Part shown: piece after piece, positions 15,301 to 26,582 of the stretch | How positions within the stretch are numbered: position 1 is the first letter of the stretch | Layout of the letters: every line of letters starts with the position of its first letter | Assembly (NCBI RefSeq): GCF_006345805.1 | Contig: NC_043007.1 | Coordinates: forward strand, 70,618,001-70,682,000 | Direction of reading: 5' to 3' | DNA length: 64,000 nt | Source of the DNA: Octopus sinensis | Taxonomy: Eukaryota | The notes under the pieces: model-generated | Told to the model about the DNA's origin: nothing | The model's database searches: none | What the model saw: the letters and a program-made list of their open reading frames with translations, nothing else | Made by a program: the position numbers and the translations under genes

Positions 15301-16823
15301 CATCTCCAAAAATACTTCTGTGCCCATTTCTAATGCTTGTACATCATTATCATCTAATGTTCGCCTTCTATGCTGGCATGGGTTGGACAGTTTGACAGGG
15401 GCCGATAATGTTAGGAGCTACAGCAGATTCCAATGTCTGCTTTGACATGGTTTTTACAGCTGGATGCCACTCCTAATGCCAACCACTTTACAGAGTGTAC
15501 TGTGTGCTTTTTACATGGCATCAGCACCAGCACTTTTTATGTGGTACTTAGTAAAATTGGCTACTTGCTTATTGTTTCTGCTACATCATTACCCTCCTTT
15601 GTATTAACAGAAATACAAACACGAACTGTTAATAAATCTAAATCTGTAAAGACAATCAAGCAATTACCTTCTTTGGCTTCGCTGTCATTGTTCTCATCAT
15701 CTGACAAGTCTTTTACTATTTCAGCAAGTTCAATTGGGCCTTTCCGGTTTTCCTCTTCCATTCTCTTCAGTCCAAACTCTGATGGATAGATCTACAAAAT
15801 CAAATTACATATTTAACCCTTTAGTATTTAAACCGGCCATATCCAGCCAAAATAGCTAATCTGTTTTATGTTCAAACTGACCAGATCCAGGCTCTCACAC
15901 CTACCCTACAATGTTATTCTACATTAAGTAATTACACCATCAACATATTGAAGATATGAGATAATGCATGATTAATTCAAATCAATGGGAATCAATAAGC
16001 ATTATGTTTGATAGAATAATCTGAACACTAAAGGGTTAAACTACTTTTGTAACTTTTAACCCTCTAGTGTTTAAACCGGCTATATCCGGCCCAAATATTC
16101 TACTCATCTTATGCTCAAACTGGCCAGAACCAGTATCTCACACCTACCCTGCAATGTCATTCTAAAAATAAACAATTACATCTTTCAAATCTTGAAGCTA
16201 CAAGACAATACCAGATTAATTTTTTAAAATGTAAATGAATAAGGATTACTTCTGACATATTAATTTGAATGCAAAGGGTTAAATGATAGCACAATAGCTG
16301 TGACCTTTGACACTACACTCACAGCTGTCTAAAGTAATATAGATTGAGGTCTTTGAATGTCACTGCTGCCAGAAACACAACACAACACCATGATGCTATT
16401 AAATATGCAACTGACCCAATAAGGATAAATTGTAAGGGATTTTCCTAATCCAGCTACACAATGGCATTATGGGAAAACAAACTTGATAAAATTCAAAACT
16501 GTTTAACAAGTTCAGTTGATTCTGAAAGTGGTGCTGGAAAGTGAAACAACTACAAAGTAATGGAGAGGCAACATTTACCTAGAATGCACACACAAACACT
16601 TATCACTGTATTTACTTGGTTTCATTTACTCTTTTACTTGTTTCAATCATTTGACTGTGACCATGCTGGGGCACCACTTTTAGTTGAGCAAACTGACCCC
16701 AGGACTTATTCTTTGTAAGCCTAGTACTTATTCTATTGGTCTCTTTTGTCGAACTGCTAAGTTATGGGGACATAAACACACCAGCATCAGTTGTCAAGCA
16801 ATGTTGGGGGACAAACACACACG

Positions 16824-16869
<46 letters not shown>

Positions 16870-19800
16870 CAGCGGCGAGCTGGTAGAAACGTTAGCATGC
16901 CTGGCGAAATTCGTAGCCGTATTTCGTCTGTCGTTACGTTCCGAGTTCAAATTTCACTGAGGTCAACTTTGCCTTTCATCCTTTCGGGGTCGATAAATTA
17001 AGTACCAGTTACGCACTGGGGGCGATGTAATCCACTTAATCCCTTTGTCTGTCCTTGTTTGTCCCCTCTGTGTTTAGCCCCTTGTGGGTAGTAAAGAAAT
17101 ATATATATACACATATATACGACGGGCTTCTTTCAGTTTCTGTCTACCAAATCCACTCACAAGGCTTTGGTCAGCCCGAGGCTATAGTAAAAGACACTTG
17201 CCCAAGGTGCCACGCAGTGGGACTGAACCCGGAACCATGTGGTTTGTAAGCAAGCTACTTACCACACAGTCACTCCTAATTATTTAACCATTTAGCATTC
17301 ACATTATTCTGTCAAACGTAATATTTATTTATGCATTCATTCATGCATTATTTTGTAGCTTTGAGATTTTGATGAGGGTTAACCGTTAATTTTAGAATAT
17401 TGTAGAGTAGGTGCAAGTACTGACCAATTTAAACATAATATAGGTAGAATATTTGGGCTGGATATGGTCAATTTAAAGGCTTAAAGGGTTCATCATCATC
17501 ATCATCGTTTAACGTCTGCATTCCATGCTAGCATGGGTTGGACGGTTCAACTGGGGTCTGGCGAGCCCGAAGGCTGCACCAGGCCAGTCAGATCTGGCAG
17601 TGTTTCTACAGCTGGATGCCCTTCCTAACGCCAACCACTCCGAGAGTGTAGTGGGTGATTTTATGTGCCACCGACACAGGTGCCAGACGAGGCTGGCAGA
17701 CGGCCACGCTCGGGTGATGTTTTTTATGTGCCACCGACACAGGTGCCAGAGGAGGCTGGCAGACGGCCACGCTCGGATGGTGTTTTTTACGTGCCACCGA
17801 CACAGGTGCCAGGTTAAATGTCAAAAACTTTTGTCATTCAATAATGATCTGGAGACTGAGAAACAGTGGAAGAGAGGGTTGGAGAAGAGGTCAGTGATGA
17901 GAAATTTTCAATAGGCATAGGAGTGGCTGTGTGGTAAGTAGCTTGCTTACGAACAACATGGTTCTGGGTTCAGTCCCACTGCATAGCATTTTGGGCAAGT
18001 GTCTTCTACTATAGCCTCGGGCTGACCAAAGCCTTATGAGTGGATTTGGTAGATGGAAACTGAAAGAAGCCCATCGTATATATATATATATATATGTGTG
18101 TGTATATGTTTGTCCCCCCCAACATCGTTTGACAACCGATGCTGGTGTGTTTACGTCCCTGTAACTTAGCGGTTCAGCAGAAGAGACTGATAGAATAAGT
18201 ACTAGGTTTACAAAAAATAAGTCCTGGGGTCGATTTGCTCGACTAAAGGCGGTGCTCCAGCATGGCCACAGTCAAATGACTGAAACGTGCAAAAGAGTAA
18301 AGAGTATATATAATACAACATGAAACAAGAGTGAGTGTAATGGTATATGTGCGACTTAAATGTCATGATTACTACAGTGCAATAATAAGATCAATATATT
18401 ACCTTAACCGAAAGGACAGCACCTTGTGGTGGTTTAAAAGAATTGAGTACAATGAAAAGATCAGCTGCTGTGATATTTTCCCAGTCCATGTTGCAAATTG
18501 CTAACCGAGAAGAACTTTCCGAAGCCAAAACAGCATCTTTATCCATTTCACCCCAATCATGGATAATATTTTCAGCTCCTGCCTTTTCTGAAACAAAACA
18601 AGCATATGTTGTTTGCACCAATTCTTTACACTATTTGTAACCATAATCTATAGATTATCAATAATCATTGAATGTTTATACATTGTAAATAGGCCCCAGT
18701 CAACTTTGGTAAAGGAAGATTTACTTTTGTTGTTTCATCTTTATTTTATGCTGGCATGGTTGGATTGGACTGTTTTAATGGAAGTCCTTGTCCCTGTGGA
18801 CTTTGGATCAGAGATACAAGTTGGTTTTCATTTACTAACCATCAGGTCAGAAATCACAGTAGTACTTTGTTAATCATATTAAATCAATGTGAATAAATGT
18901 CTTTTACTTATTTCAGAAATCCTAATGGTAAAAAGCTAAAGTGACATCTCACCAGATTTAAACTCACAATAGGTACGCATCAACATTCAGCATCCAGTCC
19001 AGTTCAGTTCCTTAAGATTATCACCATCTCTGGCAACCTTTAGATGCATTACAAGTCAATGAATGAGCCTCTATGTGGTCATTTTATCTACTAAAATTAA
19101 TGACCAAACCTCCCTCAAATCACACTTTGCAATCTTCAGAAGGGATGGATACAATGGCTTATTTAGTAGTAGATATACAATGCACCCAGAGAAGAACAGG
19201 GTGGTGAGGGTTGGAAACTTATGATCACAGGTCTGCTTGATAAGAGCTGACCTGGAACAAAACAACACTACCATGCAATATTAAAAGGTGGCGAGCTGGC
19301 AGAAACGTTAGCACGCCAGGCGAAATGCTTAGCAGTATTTCGTCTGCCGTTACATTTTGAGTTCAAATTCCGCCAAGGTCGACTTTGCCTTTCATCCTTT
19401 TGGGGTCGATAAATTAAGTACCAGTTGTGCACTGTGGTCAATGTAATCGACTTAATCCGTTTGTCCTTGTTTGTCCCCTCTGTGTTTATCCCCTTGTGGG
19501 TAGTAAAGAAATAACTACCATGCAATATTCTATGCATAGAACATAATATGAACCCAGATAAAATATCTTGGAAAATTAGCAACTACTGAGACCCCATCAC
19601 CACCACAAAAATAATAAATACAAAAGAACTTACTAACCATCTAGTGAGTCAAAATCAGAATCATCTGATGAGCTACTTTCATTACCGATGCCTCGAGCCA
19701 AATCTTGACCATTTTCTAAACCTAAATAAAATGGAGAAAATAAAATTCATAAAATATAAGCATAAAAATATAAATTAAATGCAAATGAAATAGTAAAAAA

Positions 19801-22800
19801 TAAAATTTAAAAAAAATCAATGCATTTCCAAAATAAGTGTGAGGCTGTAACACTGACCTTCAGTTACAATCTGTTACAAAGCTTCAAATCAGTGACCTAT
19901 GGTTAGAGTCATGATATACTGGGTGATGATAAACCTCTGGTTGAACTCTTATCTCTATGTTTGCAATAGACTGAAGTAACCATGAGACATGAGGCAACAT
20001 TCAACTGGGTAAAATGATGCAACTTAAGCTTTAAATAGATACAAACTTGGGTATGCAGGTACTCATGGAGTGAGGACTTTGCCCTGAATAGTTATGGGTT
20101 GCCCTTTGGCAAGGTATAGCACCTGTTCAGCTACCCTGCCAGGGATATGATGAACTCATGAGACTGCAGCATGGCGGATTGTGAAGAGGTAGTGTAAGAG
20201 CTCAACTGAGTCAATGGTGCTTCTTACATTGAAGCTAAGCAGAGGAATCCTAGGTCAACAGTCAGGATCACCAAGATCTCTCAAGAGAGTAACTGCAATG
20301 CATCCACAGAGGTGATGTCCATGGTTGTGTAATCAGCTAACGAAAGATTCATGACTCAAGCTCTCAATTCAAATACGAATAGTAGAATTGGGTGGCAACA
20401 GAGAGTTGTAGGAATCTATGCAAATAGTGCGACTAGAAGAGAGAAGATATAAATACTTTAATAAATACTTTGGCGCAGGAGTGGCTGTGTGGTAAGTAGC
20501 TTGCTTACCAACCACATGGTCCTGGGTTCAGTCCCACTGTGTGGCACTTTGGGCAAGTGTCTTTTACTATAGCCTCGGGCCAACCAAAGCCTTGTGAGTG
20601 GATTTGGTAGACGGAAACTGAAAGAAGCCCATTGTATATATATGTGTGTGTGTATACGTTTATGTGTGTTTGTCCCCCCAACATCGCTTGACAACCGATA
20701 CTGGTGTGTTTATGTCCCCGTAACATAGCGGTTTGGCAAAAGAGACCGATAGAATAAGCACTAGGCTTACAAAGAATAAGTCCTGAGGTCAATTTGCTCG
20801 ACTAAAGGTGGTGCTCCAGCATGGCCACAGTCAAATGACTGAAACAAGTAAAAAAACCCCAAAAAAACCCAAATATGCACTATATTACTTTTAGACAATA
20901 TACTTTTACTTACATACAAAACATGCAGCAAGTCAAATATTTTCACTTACAACATTGTAGCCACACCAGTAGACTGTGGTCTGACCAACTGTATTTCAAG
21001 TGTCTGAACAAAATTCTCACTGAAACCCACTTTTTCTACTACTATAGATTCCGTCCTTACCATAATTTTGTGTCCATTTATTAACCAGGGTTAGCTAATC
21101 CTTTGGAACGGATATGAGAACTAACCTTACTTAGAAAATCAAAATATAAACCACTGTGACATAAAAAAAAAAGTTGGAAAATAAAAGAAAAGAAAAGCAT
21201 GCCTGATTCATCCTGGTCATCATCATCATCATCATCATCATCTTCCTCAGCATCATCACTGTCATCTTCATCATCATGGTCAGCATCATCTTCCTCCGCA
21301 TCATCACTGTCATCCTCATCACCATGGTCAGCATCATCATCATCGTCACTTTCTGTGAAAAATACATGCAAAAAGTGTTTTAAATTATAAAATACATTTC
21401 TTAAATTTGAATTAAAAAAGAATAAATTTAAGTCTTTCATAGAAAAAAATGGAAAATAAATGTAATTGATATAAATGGCAACACAATTTGTTAATGTTTT
21501 ATTGATTGATAATAATGAAGTGAAATAAATGCCAACATGTCACTAGAGACATTTACAATGATTTGACGTTAGACTGTTTGGATAAGTCTTCAATTTCAGG
21601 ACACATAATGGAGGATGCAGCATCATCTTCAAAGTTAATAATCATGAATAGACTATTTTCTATCAACAATGACTCTCTTGTTTTCTAATTACTGACTTTT
21701 AATATAAGTTTTTAAAAAGCTAAGTCTGATGACTATATTTTCTATAAGACATACAACTGATTAGAGGCCTTCCTTTATTATTTTGTCATCACAATCATCA
21801 TCATCGTTTAACGTCCGTTTTCCATGCTGGCATGGATTGAGCGGTTTGACTGGGGACTGGCAAGTCAGGAGGCCACACCAGGCTCCAATCTGATCTGGTA
21901 ATGTTTCTACAGCTGGATGCCCTTCTTAACGCCAACCATTTCGAGAGTGTAGTGGGTGCATTTTACATGCCACTGGCACATGAGAGTCAGTTATCGGTAC
22001 TGGCATTGACCATGTTCGGATGGTGCTTTTTACATGCCACCGGCACAGGGAGCCAGTCAAGCGGCACTGGCAACGACCTATGCATGAATGGTGCTTATTG
22101 CGTGCCACCAGCACAATGTAGGGAAACTAAACAGATTCAGTAGCATTGCAGAGATGAGGTCCCTACCTACTTCATTCCCCACTGAGCAACAGAACAATTT
22201 CTAGGAACACATCCAGAAAATTTTGTACATCATTATTTTACATTGCTTTTTCCATGCTGGCATGGGATGGATGAGTTGTCATAGATTTAGTATTATGAAG
22301 TCACTGTCCACTTGATGGATCAGGGACCACATCAAATTCATTCATAACATGTCTTGGCATGGCTTCTATGCCTTGTTGCCCTTCCTATCACCAACAACTT
22401 TACAGATCACACTGGCTATATTTTCTCCTAGTACGCTTTGTCCCAGCTCAACAACAACAAAATCCTCGCTAAGCGACATGTATTCATACATTGACACCAG
22501 ATAAGTGGCTTCACTCTCAATAAAACCCAAGAGAGTCCCTTCCTCCTTATATTGTCTATGTTGATTTGTTTCTTTCTACTCTACTTTTTGGTGGGAAGAG
22601 AAACAGAATTATAGGAAAGAAAGGGTGACGGCTTGACTGGGGACTGGCAAGTCAGGAGGCCGCACCAGGCTCCAATCTGATTTGGCAATATTTCTACAGC
22701 TCGATGCCCGTCTTAATGCATCAAATCCTCAAATTAATAAAGAAACGGATGTTATATTTAAAGGCGATGGGTTTAGAAATGTTGAATTTGTGTGTGGTAT

Positions 22801-23468
22801 GGAGGGAATGGATTTCCAATTCCCACAATAAATCTTTATTCTTCAAGAAAAACAAAACAATGAATACTCACATTCTTTGACACAGCAGTACATAACACAC
22901 ACTACTTTCTCTCTCTCTCCCTCACAATACTCTTGAACCAACAAAGTTTCCCATCTACTTTTGCTGTTAGTTAAAACTGTAATTAACATTTATATTAATT
23001 ACCTTCTTTAATGTCCTTTTTACTTGGTTCTTTTAAATGAGAAGATTTCCTTTCCTTTTCACTTTCGACAAGAACTGGTGACTTTTGTTTATCATTCAAA
23101 TTACTGTTCTTCATTTTTTCCAAGACTTCAGAATTATCTGGAATACCCTTTTTAGATTTTAACTTGTTGGCAGCAACTTCATTTTTCTGCTTTGATATTT
23201 TCTGTTTTACCTTAGTATTATCCGGAAGTGTTTCATCTTCATCAGATTCATCAGTCGAGTCGTCTGACAGATCGTAGTAACGTCGAAGATTCTCACTGGT
23301 ACTGCTGCGGAATGGGCGACCACGCTTGTCAAGTCTATATTTATAGTTAAAGCGTTCATCTTTAAACATAGTCTGGAAACGTTGATCTATTTTAACTTTC
23401 CTCTCTTTCACTGGAACAGCTCGAAAGCGAGGATCCTTAGAAATATGAGAGAACCGTTCATCTGCCAT
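948..23468 (-). CDS. ESF1: ESF1 homolog (nucleolar pre-rRNA processing protein), 14 coding exons, about 808 aa
   Basis: Exons 23468-23003, 21352-21203, 19721-19638, 18587-18403, 15791-15668, 14210-14051, 11989-11872, 10292-10157, 9536-9366, 7252-7131, 5547-5427, 4651-4548, 2684-2520, 1268-948 join in frame (2427 nt). Recognisable ESF1 motifs: [59 protein letters not shown], NUC153-like DKRFEAVFTSGHYNID. Confidence 0.96.
1488..1630 (+). mobile_element. Penelope-like / retrozyme-like repeat with hammerhead-like motif
   Basis: CTGTAGAA-GAGC-atag-GCTC-GAAACGTA; sits between microsatellites; inverted copy at 44010-44198. Confidence 0.45.
1921..1967. repeat. (TG)n microsatellite
   Basis: Direct reading. 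Confidence 0.95.
2520..2684 (-). CDS. ESF1: ESF1 coding exon 13
   Basis: AG/GT flanks, phase 0-0; EELALLMADD...HHFDF...DDDFK. Confidence 0.93.
3316..3600 (+). mobile_element. Short retroelement with RTE-like 3' tail ending (ATG)n
   Basis: Motif ttggc(g/a)ttaggaagggcatccagc; many copies in both orientations (e.g. 13135-13400, 14930-15270, 17490-17812, 21795-22115, 24585-24960, 28440-28760, 43260-43580, 45420-45630). Confidence 0.65.
4548..4651 (-). CDS. ESF1: ESF1 coding exon 12
   Basis: AG/GT flanks, phase 1-0; KSKTQKKKEKKKKKLAEDSTENLTEQEIELKKQEK. Confidence 0.88.
4839..5137. repeat. Degenerate foldback (hairpin MITE)
   Basis: About 140-bp imperfect inverted arms around a short loop near 4985-4991. 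Confidence 0.8.
5427..5547 (-). CDS. ESF1: ESF1 coding exon 11
   Basis: AG/GTGAGT flanks, phase 0-1; FSDDDMPSDVDLNDPYFSSE. Confidence 0.93.
6167..6565 (-). mobile_element. tRNA-derived SINE family A (internal TA/TG microsatellite)
   Basis: Head ggagtggctgtgtggtaag...gggttcagtccc; tail stem-loop cagtca-atgactg-aaacaagt. Confidence 0.85.
7131..7252 (-). CDS. ESF1: ESF1 coding exon 10
   Basis: Phase 1-0; GLKEKTEGLLKQRSKKQTTTPWLDYLDKVKTKRKEKK. Confidence 0.92.
9366..9536 (-). CDS. ESF1: ESF1 coding exon 9
   Basis: Phase 1-1; KMNKYKKLL...[10 protein letters not shown]. Confidence 0.94.
9663..9911. mobile_element. hAT (Charlie-like) MITE
   Basis: TIRs CAATGGTTCCCAAA / TTTGGAAACCACTG; perfect 8-bp TSD GTTTAGAC at 9655-9662 and 9912-9919. 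Confidence 0.9.
10157..10292 (-). CDS. ESF1: ESF1 coding exon 8
   Basis: Phase 0-1; VSLSWDETNRHR...DDFKAYLASSSDD; weak donor GTCTCA. Confidence 0.92.
10400..11353 (+). mobile_element. Defective mariner (cecropia/Hsmar1-like) with internal deletion
   Basis: Fragments KAAETACDINDAFGPGT..WRFKKF, WVPHKL, ILLHDNA, PYSPDLSPTNYHF; right TIR aaccgcaagaactttcttgacaacctaa followed by TA; left TIR not seen; stops and frameshifts. Confidence 0.92.
11390..11775 (-). mobile_element. SINE family A (degenerate)
   Basis: Similarity to other family A copies. Confidence 0.75.
11872..11989 (-). CDS. ESF1: ESF1 coding exon 7
   Basis: Phase 2-0; RFIPADMEFTETARDVCTE...YKPNQFVNNAMSAST. Confidence 0.93.
12420..12797 (-). 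mobile_element. SINE family A
   Basis: Full-length similarity to 17914-18305. Confidence 0.85.
14051..14210 (-). CDS. ESF1: ESF1 coding exon 6
   Basis: Phase 1-2; [41 protein letters not shown]. Confidence 0.95.
15668..15791 (-). CDS. ESF1: ESF1 coding exon 5
   Basis: Phase 0-1; IYPSEFGLKRMEEENRKGPIEL. Confidence 0.95.
15817..16278. mobile_element. Two tandem piggyBac-like MITEs (15817-16035, 16060-16278)
   Basis: TTAA|CCCT...AGGG|TTAA termini, 219 bp each; further copies at 17288-17488 (inverted), about 57028-57244 and about 61380-61600. Confidence 0.85.
16625..17278 (-). mobile_element. SINE family A with nested plus-strand Meta-SINE (16872-17100)
   Basis: Meta-domain-like gtcaactttgcctttcatcctttcggggtcgataaattaagtaccag inserted into the internal microsatellite. 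Confidence 0.85.
17914..18305 (+). mobile_element. SINE family A
   Basis: Full length with A/B-box head and (AAAGAGT)n tail. Confidence 0.88.
18403..18587 (-). CDS. ESF1: ESF1 coding exon 4
   Basis: Phase 1-0; HDWGEMDKDA...[37 protein letters not shown]. Confidence 0.96.
19283..19513 (+). mobile_element. Meta-domain SINE with 16-bp TSD
   Basis: TSD ACTACCATGCAATATT at 19267-19282 and 19514-19529. Confidence 0.88.
19638..19721 (-). CDS. ESF1: ESF1 coding exon 3
   Basis: Phase 1-1, 84 nt; [27 protein letters not shown]. Confidence 0.92.
20472..20850 (+). mobile_element. SINE family A
   Basis: Full-length copy. Confidence 0.88.
21203..21352 (-). CDS. ESF1: ESF1 coding exon 2 (acidic, probable GC donor)
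   Basis: Acceptor tttttcacag; D/E-rich ESDDDDDADHGDEDD...DQDES; phase 1-1 if the donor is CAG|GCATGC. Confidence 0.75.
23003..23468 (-). CDS. ESF1: ESF1 coding exon 1 (ATG at 23468)
   Basis: [40 protein letters not shown]...LDKRGRP; acceptor AG at 23487-23488 lies 18 nt upstream of the ATG; donor GTAATT. Confidence 0.96.
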
Positions 23469-23552
23469 GTTTCGTTGATGTTGATTCTGAAAAGAAAGTA
23501 AACAATAGATTTAGTTTTTTTTTTTTAGTAAAAGCTTCAATCTGTGGAGACT

Positions 23553-23779
23553 TGTTTGTTTGTTTTGTTTGTTCCTTCTCCTGCCATGCCTGGCTCATAA
23601 GGGCTGGTTTCCTTGGTGTATAGGTTCCCCACCTGGACGAGACGCCGATCCGTCGCAGGTGAGCTGCAAGATGTAGGAGGAAAGAGTGAGAGAAAGTTGT
23701 GGCGAAAGAGTCAGAAGTTTGCCATTACCTTCTGCCAGAGCCGCTTGGAGCTTAGGTGTTTCGCTCATAAACACACACA
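23553..23779 (-). mobile_element. 5'-truncated retroelement with (AAAC)n tail
   Basis: TSD TGGAGACT at 23545-23552 and 23780-23787; related fragment near 44525-44560. Confidence 0.7.
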
Positions 23780-25822
23780 TGGAGACTGGTAAACATGGAA
23801 CTAAAAATAGTTCTGTTAAGAGAAATTTTTTGTTCCCTGCTTCTAAAATCTTCAAGTTATATTTTTTGATAAAAATAAATTCAAATAATTAAAGTTAGCC
23901 CACAGAACAATAATTTGTCAATGCACATTAGAGAGGTATGAGCATACACTTGTCCAATGTTCAATTTATATTTTAAAGTATTTTTACAGTTTTATTAGGA
24001 GGCTGTATCCAAGACATTTGCAGACCCAACTACACTTTTTCAAGTTCAAATTTAAACAACCTAAAAGTATTTAAAAATAATATTGCTGCAAATTAGTCAT
24101 AAACAAATCAAAATAACCTCAAATCTTATTAAATCTTTTTTTTTTCCTAATTAAATAATTCTACCAAATCATATTTTCAATGCTTTTATCAACTGACTAG
24201 TTTAATTATAGTTTAATTTTGACTTGTAACACTTCTTGAACAATCAACATAACTTTCATGAGTTTAGGACAATCAACTGTTTGGGAAATACAAAGCAAAG
24301 TTAGTCAGCCATTCTGCACACTACAGAAGGTTGGTTAACAATGTAGAGTGTCTAGAAACATGCCCTTAGTTCAAAATGTTCTTTGATGTGAATGTGAGAT
24401 TGTAATTTAAGAGGAAATTTTAACCTAAAGAAATCTGTGTTCATTCTACAGCAAAGAATATGCATATTCCAATCAATGGGGTGCATTTGTAGAATGATTT
24501 AGATGTGGAACCAAAACAAAGTATAAACATTATTCAGTTTAAGCGATACAAAATATATTTTAAAGTGATACAGGGATGAGGAGTCATCATCATCGTTTAG
24601 CGTCCGCTCTCCATGCTAGCATGGGTTGGGCGGTTCAACTGGGGTCTGGGAAGCCAGAAGGCTGCACCAGGCCCAGTCTGATCTGGCAATGTTTCTACGG
24701 CTGGATGTCCTTCCTAACGCCAACCACTCCGTGAGTGTAGTGGGTGCTTTTTACGTGCCAGACGAGGCTGGCAAACGGCCACGATCGGATGGTGCTTTTT
24801 ACATGCCACCGGCACGGGGGCCAGGCAAGGCTGGCAACGGCCACGATCGGATGGTGCTTTTTACGTGCCACTGGCACGAGGCCAGTCGGGGCAGTGCTGG
24901 CAACGGCCACGTTTGGATGGTTCTCTTACGTACTACCGGCACTGGTATCACAGCTGCAATTTCCATTGATGTTGATCGTTTTCGATTTTCACTTGCCTCA
25001 ACAGGTTTTCACAAGTAGAGTTTTGTGTCCCAAGAAGGAAAGGTATGCATAAGTGGACTGGCTACATCCCATGTAGAGGCCACGGGTGATGGTCTCACTT
25101 GTCCTGCCGGGTCTTCTCACGCACAGCATACTTCCAAAGGTCTCGGTCTCTAGTCATTTCCTCGGTGAGACCTAAGGAATGGTTGTAATAAGTGTTTAAA
25201 TTTTATTGACAAAAGCTGGATATTTTGTTGTACATAGAACTGGGTTAAGTTATATCTAGGGGTTAACGGATGAAAAACTGAAGATAGAATGGGGTTCGTA
25301 CTTCTTGCACCACCTTTTTCTAAACACATATCTGTATAACGAAACTGGGAATTTTTGGGTATTATTTCCTGTTTTGTTAAACGATAACTTTGCAACTATT
25401 TCCATAATTTTCAATTTTAATATGTATTTTGAACTAATATACAACTGAGACTATATACTGGATTGTAATGTGATTCAAGAGGAAACTTATTTTATCGACC
25501 CCGAAAGGATGAAAGGCAAAGTGGACCTCAGTGGAATTTTAACTGAGAATGTAAGGACGGACGAAATACCACTGAATATTCTATCCGGCGTGCTAACGAT
25601 TCTCTTTGCTCACCACCTTACAAGACCGTAGGTATTGAATAAATGGTGGTGCCAATTGAGAATATTGGCAGTAGGTTTCAAAATATCCTTCCAATATTTA
25701 TAAAATCCGTTTTCTAATTCCTAATTTCTTCACTATCATCTTCCACATGGCAATTTCACCCGAATTCATAAATACATCCATTTAATATTGTAACTAATAT
25801 TTACACACATAAACAAATGCTT

Positions 25823-26548
25823 GGCGATCTTTCGTTTGTAGTAGCACGTTTCCGTCGATGATTTCCGTAAAAAATTTATTATTTTTTTACATATGGGCTT
25901 GCGGGAACATTTGAAGTAATGAGAGCGAAAGAGACTAAGAGGAAGCGATTTTATGACGAGGAAATTTGTTTTGAAGTTACCGAAGCATTGATGTACATGT
26001 GTGTGTGTGTTTGATGGGGTGTGGGAGACAGACAGTATGTTGTGTATGTGAAGTGCTTCTGTTAGTGTGTGTGAAGAGACAGAGAAAGTAATGTGTGAAA
26101 GAGAGAGATAACTGAAATTTTTTACTCGGTGTATATGTATGTATGCATGCATGTATGTGTGTGTATGTATGTGTGTATGTATCTATGTATGTGTGTGTGT
26201 ATGTATGTGTGTGTATGTATGGCCAATTCAGTGTAATTATTTACTCGGTGTATGTGTATATGTATGTCTGTGTGTGTAAGTATGTGTGTGTGTATGTGTG
26301 TATGTATGTATGGCCGATTCAGTGTACACTGAATCGGCCATACATACATACATACTTACACACACACACATACATAGATACATACACACACAGACATACA
26401 TGCAGACATACATATACACATACACCGAGTAAAAAATTACACTGAATCGGCCATACATACATACACACATACTTACACACACACACACACACATATATTC
26501 AGACATACATATACACATACACCGAGTAAAAAATTACACTGAATCGGC

Positions 26549-26582
<34 letters not shown>

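Noticed and set aside
16684-17914. Recurring ORFs such as TPGLILCKPSTYSIGLFC and LQLDALPNANH seen at many loci
   Set aside because: Translations of SINE and RTE-tail repeat copies, not a protein family
18255-18305. SINE tail agtc-aaat-gact-GAAAC resembling hammerhead stem II plus GAAA
   Set aside because: No CUGANGA box; better explained as the 3' stem-loop recognised by a LINE reverse transcriptase
21131-21390. Poly-Met and poly-Ser ORFs
   Set aside because: Alternative frames or the opposite strand of the (GAT)n acidic ESF1 exon
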